A stretch of 32,000 nt of DNA from Pseudanabaenales cyanobacterium (lineage in GTDB: Bacteria > Cyanobacteriota > Cyanobacteriia > Pseudanabaenales > Pseudanabaenaceae), in contig JBBRMK010000008.1 of NCBI GenBank assembly GCA_038230875.1, positions 18,815-50,814 on the forward strand, in the 5' to 3' direction. This document shows positions 25,475-32,000 of this stretch, one piece after another; positions within the stretch are counted from its first letter, which is position 1, and each line of letters starts with the position of its first letter. Under the pieces are notes generated by a model. The model worked only from the letters and a program-made list of their open reading frames with translations, did no database searches and had not been told where the DNA came from. The position numbers were made by a program, and so were the translations under genes.

Positions 25475-25696
25475 ATGCTGACAAAAGCGCAAGTGATTCG
25501 GGAAATAGAAGATACTCCTGCATTTATGCTGACAGAGATATTTAACTTTATTCAATTCATGAAGTCTAAACAACCACAAATTGACTTTATGGAGTTTGCA
25601 GGTATCGCCGCCGATGCAGAAGACATTATGCAAGAAATTATTGAAGAAGCCGAAGCCAATCGTCAACTCGACCTACATAGAATGGATAGTCTATGA
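25475..25696 (+). CDS. Putative VapB-type antitoxin (DUF2281-like)
   Basis: 73 aa, MLTKAQVIREIEDTPAFMLTEIFNFIQFMKSKQ, with an ATGA overlap with the PIN gene. Confidence 0.55.
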   Translation: MLTKAQVIREIEDTPAFMLTEIFNFIQFMKSKQPQIDFMEFAGIAADAEDIMQEIIEEAEANRQLDLHRMDSL

Positions 25697-26097
25697 AAAA
25701 AGCACTGCTCGACACAAATATCATTTCTTATTTCTTGCGTGGGAACCCTTTAGTAGTCGAAAATTTCCGACTTTATCGACAACATTATTCCTATCTCTCA
25801 TTCTCAATCTTTACTTACTACGAAATCAAAAGCGGATTGCTCTACAAAGATGCTTAAAGACAAATGCAGCAATTTGAACGCCTCGCTGAGATAAGCGAAA
25901 TAATTCCCTGCGATCGCGAAATTGCCGATACCACCAGCCAAATTTACAACCATCTAAGAACGAGAGGCTTAGCAGTTGCTCCAATTGATCTATTTATTGC
26001 GGCTACGGCTGTATATTAAGATTACCGTCTAATTACAAACAACACAAAACACTTCCAAAACATTCCTGACCTCGATTATGCTGATTGGTCTCAATAG
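25693..26097 (+). pseudogene. vapC: VapC (PIN-domain) toxin gene with two in-frame TAA codons
   Basis: MKKALLDTNIISYFLRGNP...YYEIKSGLLYKDA*RQMQQFERL...APIDLFIAATAVY*DYRLITNNTKHFQNIP. The stops are at 25855-25857 and 26017-26019. The frame is otherwise intact to the TAG at 26095-26097. Confidence 0.8.
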
Positions 26098-26105
26098 GAA
26101 GTCAG

Positions 26106-26196
26106 CACCCTTTGCTTTTCGCTCCTCACCAGAAACTTTAACTGTGACGTATCAGCGCAAATGTTATATTAGAGCTTATGATTAGGCTAAAAACAA
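26106..26196 (+). repeat. Cassette-boundary repeat B, copy 2 (core + short extension)
   Basis: caccctttgcttttcgctcctcaccagaaactttaactgtgacgtatcagcgcaaatgttatattagagcttatgattaggctaaaaac. Confidence 0.85.
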
Positions 26197-26233
26197 TATG
26201 AACCAAGTCATTGGCAGTTAGGATGTAAATGAT

Positions 26234-26524
26234 ATGAATGAACTTAAACTACGCTCAAATCATCCCGAATCGATCAAAGAAATGATCGAAATTGACCTTG
26301 CCAAAAGACTGCAAAGCCTTGAAACAGGATTAGAACTTACCCAAATACGCCTCAAACACTTTGAAGCACAATATCAATGGTCAACTGAAAACTTTGTTAA
26401 TCTCTTTACCAACGATCAATTACAACACAGCCTAGAATTTGATGAATGGTTAGGAGAATCTTGGATATTAGAAAAATTGCAACAAAAGATAGCCATCATC
26501 AAGGAGATCGAATTTGTTGATTGA
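26234..26524 (+). CDS. Small helical protein, putative partner (antitoxin-like) of the DUF6516 protein
   Basis: 96 aa. It overlaps the downstream gene by 11 nt. I recognise no family. Confidence 0.45.
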   Translation: MNELKLRSNHPESIKEMIEIDLAKRLQSLETGLELTQIRLKHFEAQYQWSTENFVNLFTNDQLQHSLEFDEWLGESWILEKLQQKIAIIKEIEFVD

Positions 26525-26906
26525 CAACTATTTTGAGAGAATCAGAAGCATACTTGCCAACTCTCCAATCATCCAAAACTTTGAACTTGAGACAGAAAAG
26601 CGGACAGAGACCCTTGGTTTCATCAGAGGCAATGTCTATTTCCATGATGGTTCATTGCTACATATTCGAGAATTTGTCGATGTAGAGATAGCAATAGAAA
26701 GAGGCAAATATACCTATCAATACATGAGCAGCCAAGGCAATCTAATTTTTCGCTATGACAACGCTCCCCACCATCAAAAGCTTAATATACCGACATTTCC
26801 CCACCACAAATACGATCGCCACGAAGACAATATCATTGCTTCAGAAGCTCCATTACTAGAAACAGTTTGTCAAGAAATGGAGCAGATTATGAACCAAAAG
26901 CAATAA
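26514..26906 (+). CDS. DUF6516 / TumE-like protein
   Basis: 130 aa. FIRGNVYFHDGSLLHIREFVD...LIFRYDNAPHHQKLNIPTFPHHKY resembles the His-rich signature of that family, recalled from memory. Confidence 0.5.
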   Translation: MLIDNYFERIRSILANSPIIQNFELETEKRTETLGFIRGNVYFHDGSLLHIREFVDVEIAIERGKYTYQYMSSQGNLIFRYDNAPHHQKLNIPTFPHHKYDRHEDNIIASEAPLLETVCQEMEQIMNQKQ

Positions 26907-26946
26907 TTGACCGTAAATCTCTCCCATAATTCCAATTTGCTCCTCT

Positions 26947-27000
26947 ACCCTTTGCTTTTCGCCCGTCACCAGAAACTTTAACTGTGGGGTATCAGCGCGA
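26947..27000 (+). repeat. Cassette-boundary repeat B, copy 3 (core only)
   Basis: accctttgcttttcgcccgtcaccagaaactttaactgtggggtatcagcgcga. Confidence 0.85.
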
Positions 27001-27013
27001 TCGCGCCCTAACT

Positions 27014-27419
27014 TCAACCCAGCCAATTTTCCACAACCAAACTTTGCACATGCGAAAACTCACGCACATTAGCAGTAACAACCGTTAAACTCAAAGCTAA
27101 ACCATGCGCCGCAATCAGTAAATCATTCGCGCCAATCGGTATTCCCTCCCGTTCCAAATATGCCCGAATCTCAGCATAATGAAACTCAATTGGCGACTCA
27201 AGCGGCAACACTGCGATCGACTCAAGAATTTGATCCACTTGTTCCTTTAAACGCAGTGAACCATTTTTTTTCTGCCCCAAACCGCAACTCAGAAGTAACA
27301 ACAATACTCGTGCATATTCTAGCCTCATCAACTTCAGCAATACGTTGAGCAATTTCCCCAGATGGATGTTTCACCAAATCCGAGACGATATTTGTATCCA
27401 ACAGATAGAGATAAGTCAT
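27014..27419 (-). pseudogene. vapC: VapC (PIN-domain) toxin gene, frameshifted in a homopolymer
   Basis: The N-terminal part MTYLYLLDTNIVSDLVKHPSGEIAQRI..TSELRFGAEKK and the C-terminal part GSLRLKEQVDQILE..GANDLLIAAHGLALSLTVVTANVREF lie in different frames. The switch is at the T8 run (A8 on the coding strand) at 27264-27271. Confidence 0.8.
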
Positions 27420-27421
27420 AG

Positions 27422-27676
27422 CTAAAATTGAATATCATCAAGTGGAAGTAAGCCTTCGTCAACAGTAGGAAAATATTCATCAATATCTGGCAGAGTTGCC
27501 AACAATTCCAATAAAGATCTTTTCTTAAATGGCTCAATAATTAATCTCTCCCCATCCTTCCGAATCACCACATCATTACTAGGCATTTCAAAGGCATGAG
27601 GTATATTTAGAGTGTGATTGCGTCCATTATGAAATAAACGAACTTGATATTGACTAATCATGGTTTTCATTTTCAT
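27422..27676 (-). CDS. vapB: VapB antitoxin, AbrB/SpoVT-type
   Basis: ISQYQVRLFHNGRNHTLNIPHAFEMPSNDVVIRKDGERLIIEP. It ends 2 nt before the vapC start. The true start is probably the ATG at 27661. Confidence 0.7.
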   Translation of the reverse strand: MKMKTMISQYQVRLFHNGRNHTLNIPHAFEMPSNDVVIRKDGERLIIEPFKKRSLLELLATLPDIDEYFPTVDEGLLPLDDIQF

Positions 27677-27777
27677 CCCACCTGATAGTAGTAAAATCTG
27701 ACATTTAGTATAGCTTCATTAACTCGCTAATGGAGTAAAAAACAAACTGATTTGAAGCAATCTCATGCGGCTCCTGA

Positions 27778-27830
27778 ACCCTTTGCTTTTCACCCATCAC
27801 CAGAAACTTTAACTGTGGGATATCAGCACC
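27778..27830 (+). repeat. Cassette-boundary repeat B, copy 4 (core only)
   Basis: accctttgcttttcacccatcaccagaaactttaactgtgggatatcagcacc. It overlaps the last codons of the minus-strand DUF2442 ORF. Confidence 0.85.
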
Positions 27831-28126
27831 GTAACCTTACTAGCTAGATATCCCCACTTTTGGAACTTCTCTTGTAACTCAACCACATCTCGAAAAGCCA
27901 GAAAATAAAGATACTCAGGCGCAAAATCAACACCATTTATCCATCGAACCGTACCCAGTTCAGCATCAACTTCAAATCTTTGAAACAAGTCCAAATCTTG
28001 CAATGGTTTAAACACCTTGCCAGTCAAACTTTCAGACAAATCAGCAATACCATCACGACCATCATTAAATTTAATTTTAATCCTATAGCCACTAACGTAA
28101 TGAGCAGAAATGATATGCAAAAACAT
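27809..28126 (-). CDS. DUF2442 domain protein
   Basis: 105 aa, ISAHYVSGYRIKIKFNDGRDGIADLSESL..FQRFEVDAELGTVRWINGVDFAPEYLY. The last ~7 codons are read from repeat B4. Confidence 0.65.
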   Translation of the reverse strand: MFLHIISAHYVSGYRIKIKFNDGRDGIADLSESLTGKVFKPLQDLDLFQRFEVDAELGTVRWINGVDFAPEYLYFLAFRDVVELQEKFQKWGYLASKVTVLISHS

Positions 28127-28181
28127 AAACTTACTCCAAAGGACTAATAGATTGCAGTTCTTCTTGCTCGCGACAGAGTTC

Positions 28182-28388
28182 TCAATTTGCCATTAGCTCT
28201 ACCTGATGCAGATCGTGCCATTCCAAAACATGACGAAGCGCCCTTTTTGGAAATGTCCCAGTCACTATCCCTGTCTTGATTTCGACGGTGATCTCATATT
28301 TTCCATACCTCGCATGATAATGAGGTGGTAAATGATCGTTCCAGTAGAAGCTAATTACGATTCCTAGAAACCGACTGACAATAGGCAT
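28182..28388 (-). CDS. DUF4160 domain protein
   Basis: MPIVSRFLGIVISFYWNDHLPPHYHARYGKYEITVEIKTG. The listed ORF extends to 28430, but the family-typical start is the ATG at 28388. Confidence 0.65.
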   Translation of the reverse strand: MPIVSRFLGIVISFYWNDHLPPHYHARYGKYEITVEIKTGIVTGTFPKRALRHVLEWHDLHQVELMAN

Positions 28389-28485
28389 GGACTTGACAAA
28401 TAAGAAGCTAAGAACAACATATAGCCACATTTTAGCACCTTTTCTATCCTAAAATTATAGTGAAAATAATATTATAAGTAATCTA

Positions 28486-28624
28486 CTTTTCACCTATCAC
28501 CAGAAACTTAAACTGTAGGTAATCGGTGCGAATGTTATATTAGAAACCATGATCAGGCTAAAAACTATTCCTATCTGTCTTAACCAGTAATGCGATAGGC
28601 AAAAAACAAAAGGAGAAAAATAAA
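28486..28624 (+). repeat. Cascade-boundary repeat B, copy 5 (5'-truncated core + long leader extension)
   Basis: cttttcacctatcaccagaaacttaaactgtaggt is followed by gaatgttatattagaaaccatgatcaggctaaaaactattcctatctgtcttaaccagtaatgcgataggc, nearly identical to the copy 1 extension. Confidence 0.85.
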
Positions 28625-28846
28625 ATGCTAACAAAAGCACAAGTGATTTGAGAAATAGAAGATACTCCTGCATTTATGCTGACAGAGATATTTAACTTTA
28701 TCCAATTCATGAAGTCTAAACAACCACAAATCGACTTTATGAGATTTGCAGGTATCGCCGCCGACGCAGAAGACATTATGCAAGAAATCGTCGAAGAAGC
28801 TGAAGCCAATCGTCAACTTGACCTGCATAGAATGGATAGTCTATGA
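28625..28846 (+). pseudogene. Duplicate of the 25475-25696 antitoxin gene with an in-frame TGA at codon 9
   Basis: Collinear over 222 nt. CGG (25499-25501) is replaced by TGA (28649-28651). Most other differences are synonymous. Confidence 0.8.
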
Positions 28847-28870
28847 AAAAAGCACTACTCGACACAAATA
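28843..28870 (+). pseudogene. 5' stub of a vapC copy (first 9 codons only)
   Basis: atgaaaaaagcactactcgacacaaata matches 25693-25720. Homology then stops abruptly, 10 nt before the HEPN gene. Confidence 0.7.
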
Positions 28871-28879
28871 GAAACTTTT

Positions 28880-29275
28880 ATGCAAAATGATATTTGTTGG
28901 AAACAATGCTTTTACAACTATCAAAAAACACTCATTTATCTTACCAAATTCATCGAAAAAGGTGAACTAAACGAATTAGAAGAACAAGGAATAATTAAAG
29001 CCTTTGAGTACACCTACGAACTAGCATGGAATGTGATTAAAGACTACTACGAAGAACAAGGAGAAGTTAGCATCCAAGGCAGTCGAGATGCCCTGCGGTT
29101 AGCCTTTCAGCGTGGATTAATCGCCGATGGTAACAACTGGATGAAGATGATCAAGAGTAGAATTGCTTCAGTACATACCTATAATCTCGAAGTAGCCCAA
29201 CAAATTAATCAAGACATTCATGATATCTACTTTCAGCTATTTATCGAACTAAAAGAAAAGATGGAATCCCTATGA
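28880..29275 (+). CDS. HEPN-type nucleotidyltransferase substrate-binding protein (HI0074 family)
   Basis: 131 aa, WKQCFYNYQKTLIYL..GIIKAFEYTYELAWNVIKDYYEEQG..GSRDALRLAFQRGLI..W..MIKSRIASVHTY. Confidence 0.75.
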   Translation: MQNDICWKQCFYNYQKTLIYLTKFIEKGELNELEEQGIIKAFEYTYELAWNVIKDYYEEQGEVSIQGSRDALRLAFQRGLIADGNNWMKMIKSRIASVHTYNLEVAQQINQDIHDIYFQLFIELKEKMESL

Positions 29276-29649
29276 ATCAGTTTGGACTAAAACCCAAAGC
29301 GATCGCCGAGATCAATCAAATTTTTGCTGCCTATTCCGAAATTAGCAAAGCAATTCTCTATGGTTCTCGCGCCAAAGGAAATTATAAAAATGGCTCTGAC
29401 ATTGATTTAACTTTGATTAGCGATCGCCTCAATCATCGGTAACTACTCCAAATTCAACATCAAATCGATGACTTACTTTTACCATACTCCATAGATTTAT
29501 CAATCTTTAGCTCAATCGATAATTTACACCTAATCGAACATATTGATAGAGTAGGAATAACTTTTTATGAGAGAACTACGTCCTCTCTAAAACCCTTCAA
29601 AGCGATCGCTACCTCTAAATCCAGTATTTACTATTGCCGTTTTGATTGA
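29272..29649 (+). pseudogene. MNT-type nucleotidyltransferase (HI0073-like) with an in-frame TAA
   Basis: ATGA overlap with the HEPN gene. ILYGSRAKGNYKNGSDIDLTLISDRLNHR*LLQIQHQIDDLLLPYSIDLSIFSSIDNLHLIEHIDRVGITFYE, with the stop at 29440-29442. Confidence 0.75.
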
Positions 29650-29805
29650 TTTAGGCAGGGCTTAGGATTATTCAAAATGCTCGTACAGCCAAATCTAGTT
29701 TTATTACTACCTTAATCACTGCATAATAGAGATAAAACCAGTAAAGATAATTCTGCAAATTAAGTAGATTGTCTTGGTTAGATAGAGCAAGCAATTGAGT
29801 TAGAA

Positions 29806-30789
29806 ATGCATTTTATTGATCGAGTTACGATAAACGTAAAGTCTGGAGATGGCGGTGATGGGCTTGTTGCCTTCCGCCGTGAAAAATATGTGCCTGCGGG
29901 TGGTCCTGCCGGTGGTAATGGTGGCAATGGTGGCTCTGTTATTTTGCAAGCTACGACAGATCTGCAAACCCTTTTAGATTTTCGCTTCGAGAATATTTTT
30001 AAAGCTGAAGATGGTGAACGCGGCGGTCCTAGCAATATGACAGGCAGAAGGGGCAGCGATCGCATTATTTTAGTCCCGCTCGGTACGATGGTGATGAATA
30101 AGGAAACAGGTGAGGTTTTGGGCGATCTGACTGAGGTTGACCAAACTTTGTTTGTGGCTAAAGGCGGCAAAGGTGGCTTAGGTAATAAATATTTTTTGAG
30201 TAATCAAAATCGCGCCCCTGACTATGCCTTACCAGGTTTACTTGGTGAAGAACTGACACTTTTTCTAGAATTAAAATTAATTGCTGAAGTCGGGATCATT
30301 GGTTTGCCGAACGCTGGTAAATCGACGCTAATCTCGGTTGTCTCGGCAGCGCGTCCCAAAATTGCTGATTATCCTTTCACGACACTAGTCCCGAATCTAG
30401 GCGTGGTGTCTAAACCATCAGGCGATGGGATCGTCTTTGCGGATATTCCTGGCTTAATTGAAGGCGCATCCGATGGCATCGGTTTAGGACATGATTTTTT
30501 GCGCCATGTCGAACGTACAAAGCTATTAATTCATCTAATCGATGTCACTCAAGCCGATCCACTTACGGCTTATCACACGATTCAAGAAGAGCTATTGGCA
30601 TATGGTCATGGCTTAGCAGACAAGCCGCAAATTCTTGCCTTAAATAAAATTGATGCGATGCTGCCTGAAGATGTCGAAGAAATTGCCGCGCAATTCGATA
30701 CCCCGATCCTCTCAATTTCTGCTGCGTCTAAGAAAGGTTTGGATAAGCTGTTGCAATCAGTCTGGAAGCAGTTAGAGCAAATTGAGTAA
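29806..30789 (+). CDS. obg: GTPase Obg/CgtA
   Basis: MHFIDRVTINVKSGDGGDGLVAFRREKYVPAGGPAGGNGGNGGSV is the glycine-rich Obg fold. G1 is GLPNAGKST, G3 is DIPGLIEGA and G4 is LNKID. Confidence 0.95.
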   Translation: MHFIDRVTINVKSGDGGDGLVAFRREKYVPAGGPAGGNGGNGGSVILQATTDLQTLLDFRFENIFKAEDGERGGPSNMTGRRGSDRIILVPLGTMVMNKETGEVLGDLTEVDQTLFVAKGGKGGLGNKYFLSNQNRAPDYALPGLLGEELTLFLELKLIAEVGIIGLPNAGKSTLISVVSAARPKIADYPFTTLVPNLGVVSKPSGDGIVFADIPGLIEGASDGIGLGHDFLRHVERTKLLIHLIDVTQADPLTAYHTIQEELLAYGHGLADKPQILALNKIDAMLPEDVEEIAAQFDTPILSISAASKKGLDKLLQSVWKQLEQIE

Positions 30790-30964
30790 TTGGTTGATTT
30801 TTCAAAACCCAAAGAGTAAAAGGTTTGCAAACACGTCCTCTAATCTTTGGAGCAAAAATGGATTGAGAAGTTAAGTATTTAGTTGATATTTTGAACTTCC
30901 TGTTTGTTCTCAAATCTCAAGTTGTTCTCAAATGTTAAGTTTGGAGCTTTGCTCTCTAGCCTTT

Positions 30965-31291
30965 TTACTTGAACATATAAAAGTTGCCAAAAGCGCCGAG
31001 AGTGGTCATTTTTTGATTAGGTAAATCGGTAACATAGAGGCTGAACAAAACAAAATTTTGCTGCTTCGTGGAATTTTCAACGAGTGACTTGACCACACCC
31101 TTTCCCTGAGACAATACAAATTTGCATGATTGTTGCGCCGCTATAGGCATCTCCCCAGAACAAAGGGAATTTTTGCCTGTTTCAGAAAACTGCTCTGTTG
31201 CATAAGCGACGTAGCGTTCTTTGCTGGGATTGCTAAATGCCATTACGCCAGCGATGATAACCGCACCAATTGAGATTATTTGTAATTTCAT
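30965..31291 (-). CDS. DUF4359-like small membrane-anchored protein
   Basis: MKLQIISIGAVIIAGVMAFSNPSKERYVAYATEQF...FVLFSLYVTDL...LGAFGNFYMF. The ATG is at 31291, and the listed TTG start at 31306 is less likely. Confidence 0.5.
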   Translation of the reverse strand: MKLQIISIGAVIIAGVMAFSNPSKERYVAYATEQFSETGKNSLCSGEMPIAAQQSCKFVLSQGKGVVKSLVENSTKQQNFVLFSLYVTDLPNQKMTTLGAFGNFYMFK

Positions 31292-31407
31292 AATTAGAAC
31301 AGACAAGGGGCTTAAGCCCCTTGTTCCTTAAATAGTTAGAATCTAATAACTTTACTGACATTTGCTACAGAAAGTAGAGAATGTAAAGCAGAAAGTGTAA
31401 AGTACCT

Positions 31408-32000
31408 TTACTTTTTATGAGGAGCGATCGCCTGTTGGCTAATTTGACAAATTTTGTTATGACAGTGACCATTACTAGCAACAATCGTTCCCCACTGACG
31501 TAATTCGAGATTGTTGTAAGACAGCAAGGACAAGTCAGCATGGGTGAGTTGCCCCCCTGCCTCGGTCAGAATAATTTCAGGAGCGCAATAATCCCAATCT
31601 TTGGGTGCTGATGCGCCTGAAACAGAGATATAAACATCAGCTTTTCCTGAGGCGATCGCAGCAAATTTACCGCCAATGCTCCCAACTGCGATTTCAGCGG
31701 CTTTGGGTAATTCTTGGAGAATACTTTCTAATTGATGATTGCGATGGCTACGACTTGCCACTACCACCATTTGATCAAGTTCGATTTTGTCTGAAACTTG
31801 GATACATTGCTGCAAGCCATCTCTAGTTTCAATATATGCTCCGTTACCTAAGATCGCTTGAAATAGACGCTCTTGAGGAGGAGTTGCGACCAGTCCAAGG
31901 ACAGGACGTTGGCGATAAGTCAAGCCAATATGAACAGCAAACTCATTAGTGCGGCGAATAAAGTCGCTTGTGCCATCCATAGGATCAATGATCCATACCC
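31408..32000 (-). CDS. Inositol monophosphatase-family enzyme, CysQ-like 3'(2'),5'-bisphosphate nucleotidase; N-terminus outside the window
   Basis: The frame stays open upstream of the listed Met to the window edge (WIIDPMDGTSDFIRRTNEFAVHIGL). The C-terminal motif is KDWDYCAPEIILTEAGG. Confidence 0.75.
   Translation of the reverse strand, partial: VWIIDPMDGTSDFIRRTNEFAVHIGLTYRQRPVLGLVATPPQERLFQAILGNGAYIETRDGLQQCIQVSDKIELDQMVVVASRSHRNHQLESILQELPKAAEIAVGSIGGKFAAIASGKADVYISVSGASAPKDWDYCAPEIILTEAGGQLTHADLSLLSYNNLELRQWGTIVASNGHCHNKICQISQQAIAPHKK

Noticed and set aside
25341-25666. Minus-strand ORFs 25341-25523 and 25433-25666, and their duplicates 28558-28809 and 28628-28828.
   Set aside because: They are antisense to the antitoxin gene and the repeat-B leader. 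Their apparent conservation is explained by the segmental duplication itself.
25328-28624. Classical integron with attC sites.
   Set aside because: No intI or attI is in the window. The repeat core is much more conserved in sequence than attC sites usually are. I could not identify the R''-L''/L'-R' symmetry. It is kept as integron-like in organisation only.
17903-29442. In-frame TAA, TGA and TAG codons as evidence of stop-codon reassignment or programmed read-through.
   Set aside because: All three stop codons terminate the well-conserved housekeeping genes here at their expected lengths (rbgA, hisZ, obg, mntH, porin). The interrupted genes sit among frameshifted and truncated neighbours. 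Ordinary pseudogenisation is the simpler explanation.

Overview
Cyanobacterial chromosomal segment: HIP1 octamers (GCGATCGC) occur throughout, and the housekeeping genes are cyanobacterial in type. All family names come from motifs I read in the translations; no database search was possible.

Conserved flanks:
- 1-8.4 kb: XPB-like helicase, SLH/OprB porin, TPM protein, rbgA, a FolB-RNase HI fusion and a Uma2 nuclease.
- 11.2-15.9 kb: J-domain/TPR protein, hisZ, SH3 protein and mntH.
- 29.8-32 kb: obg, DUF4359 and a cysQ-like gene.

Accessory DNA lies between these flanks:
1. A DUF6883/DUF4926 pair bracketed by a 67-bp repeat family, next to a decayed IS.
2. Two families of palindromic MITE-like elements. 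Three copies pile up at 16.0-16.7 kb.
3. The most interesting locus, 17.0-22.3 kb. Three tandem copies of a two-gene module (a small helical protein with a strand-like C-terminal tail, plus a DUF29-like protein) precede an NB-ARC/TPR STAND ATPase. This ATPase has only a ~55-aa N-terminal extension and is translationally coupled to the module. The tail of the small protein and the N-terminus of the ATPase share a short motif. That is the layout expected for prion/amyloid-type NLR-to-effector signalling (Bell/BASS-like), here with an extra DUF29-like component and a record of duplication and decay.
4. xisH-xisI directly abutting the ATPase gene. A second xisI copy differs from the first by 10 substitutions, all synonymous, and the two copies bracket three TA-like cassettes.
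5. An array at 25.3-28.6 kb of five co-oriented ~45-nt repeats. Each interval holds one two-gene toxin-antitoxin-like cassette, so the organisation is integron-like, but no integrase is in the window.

Many island genes carry a single nonsense or homopolymer frameshift lesion.
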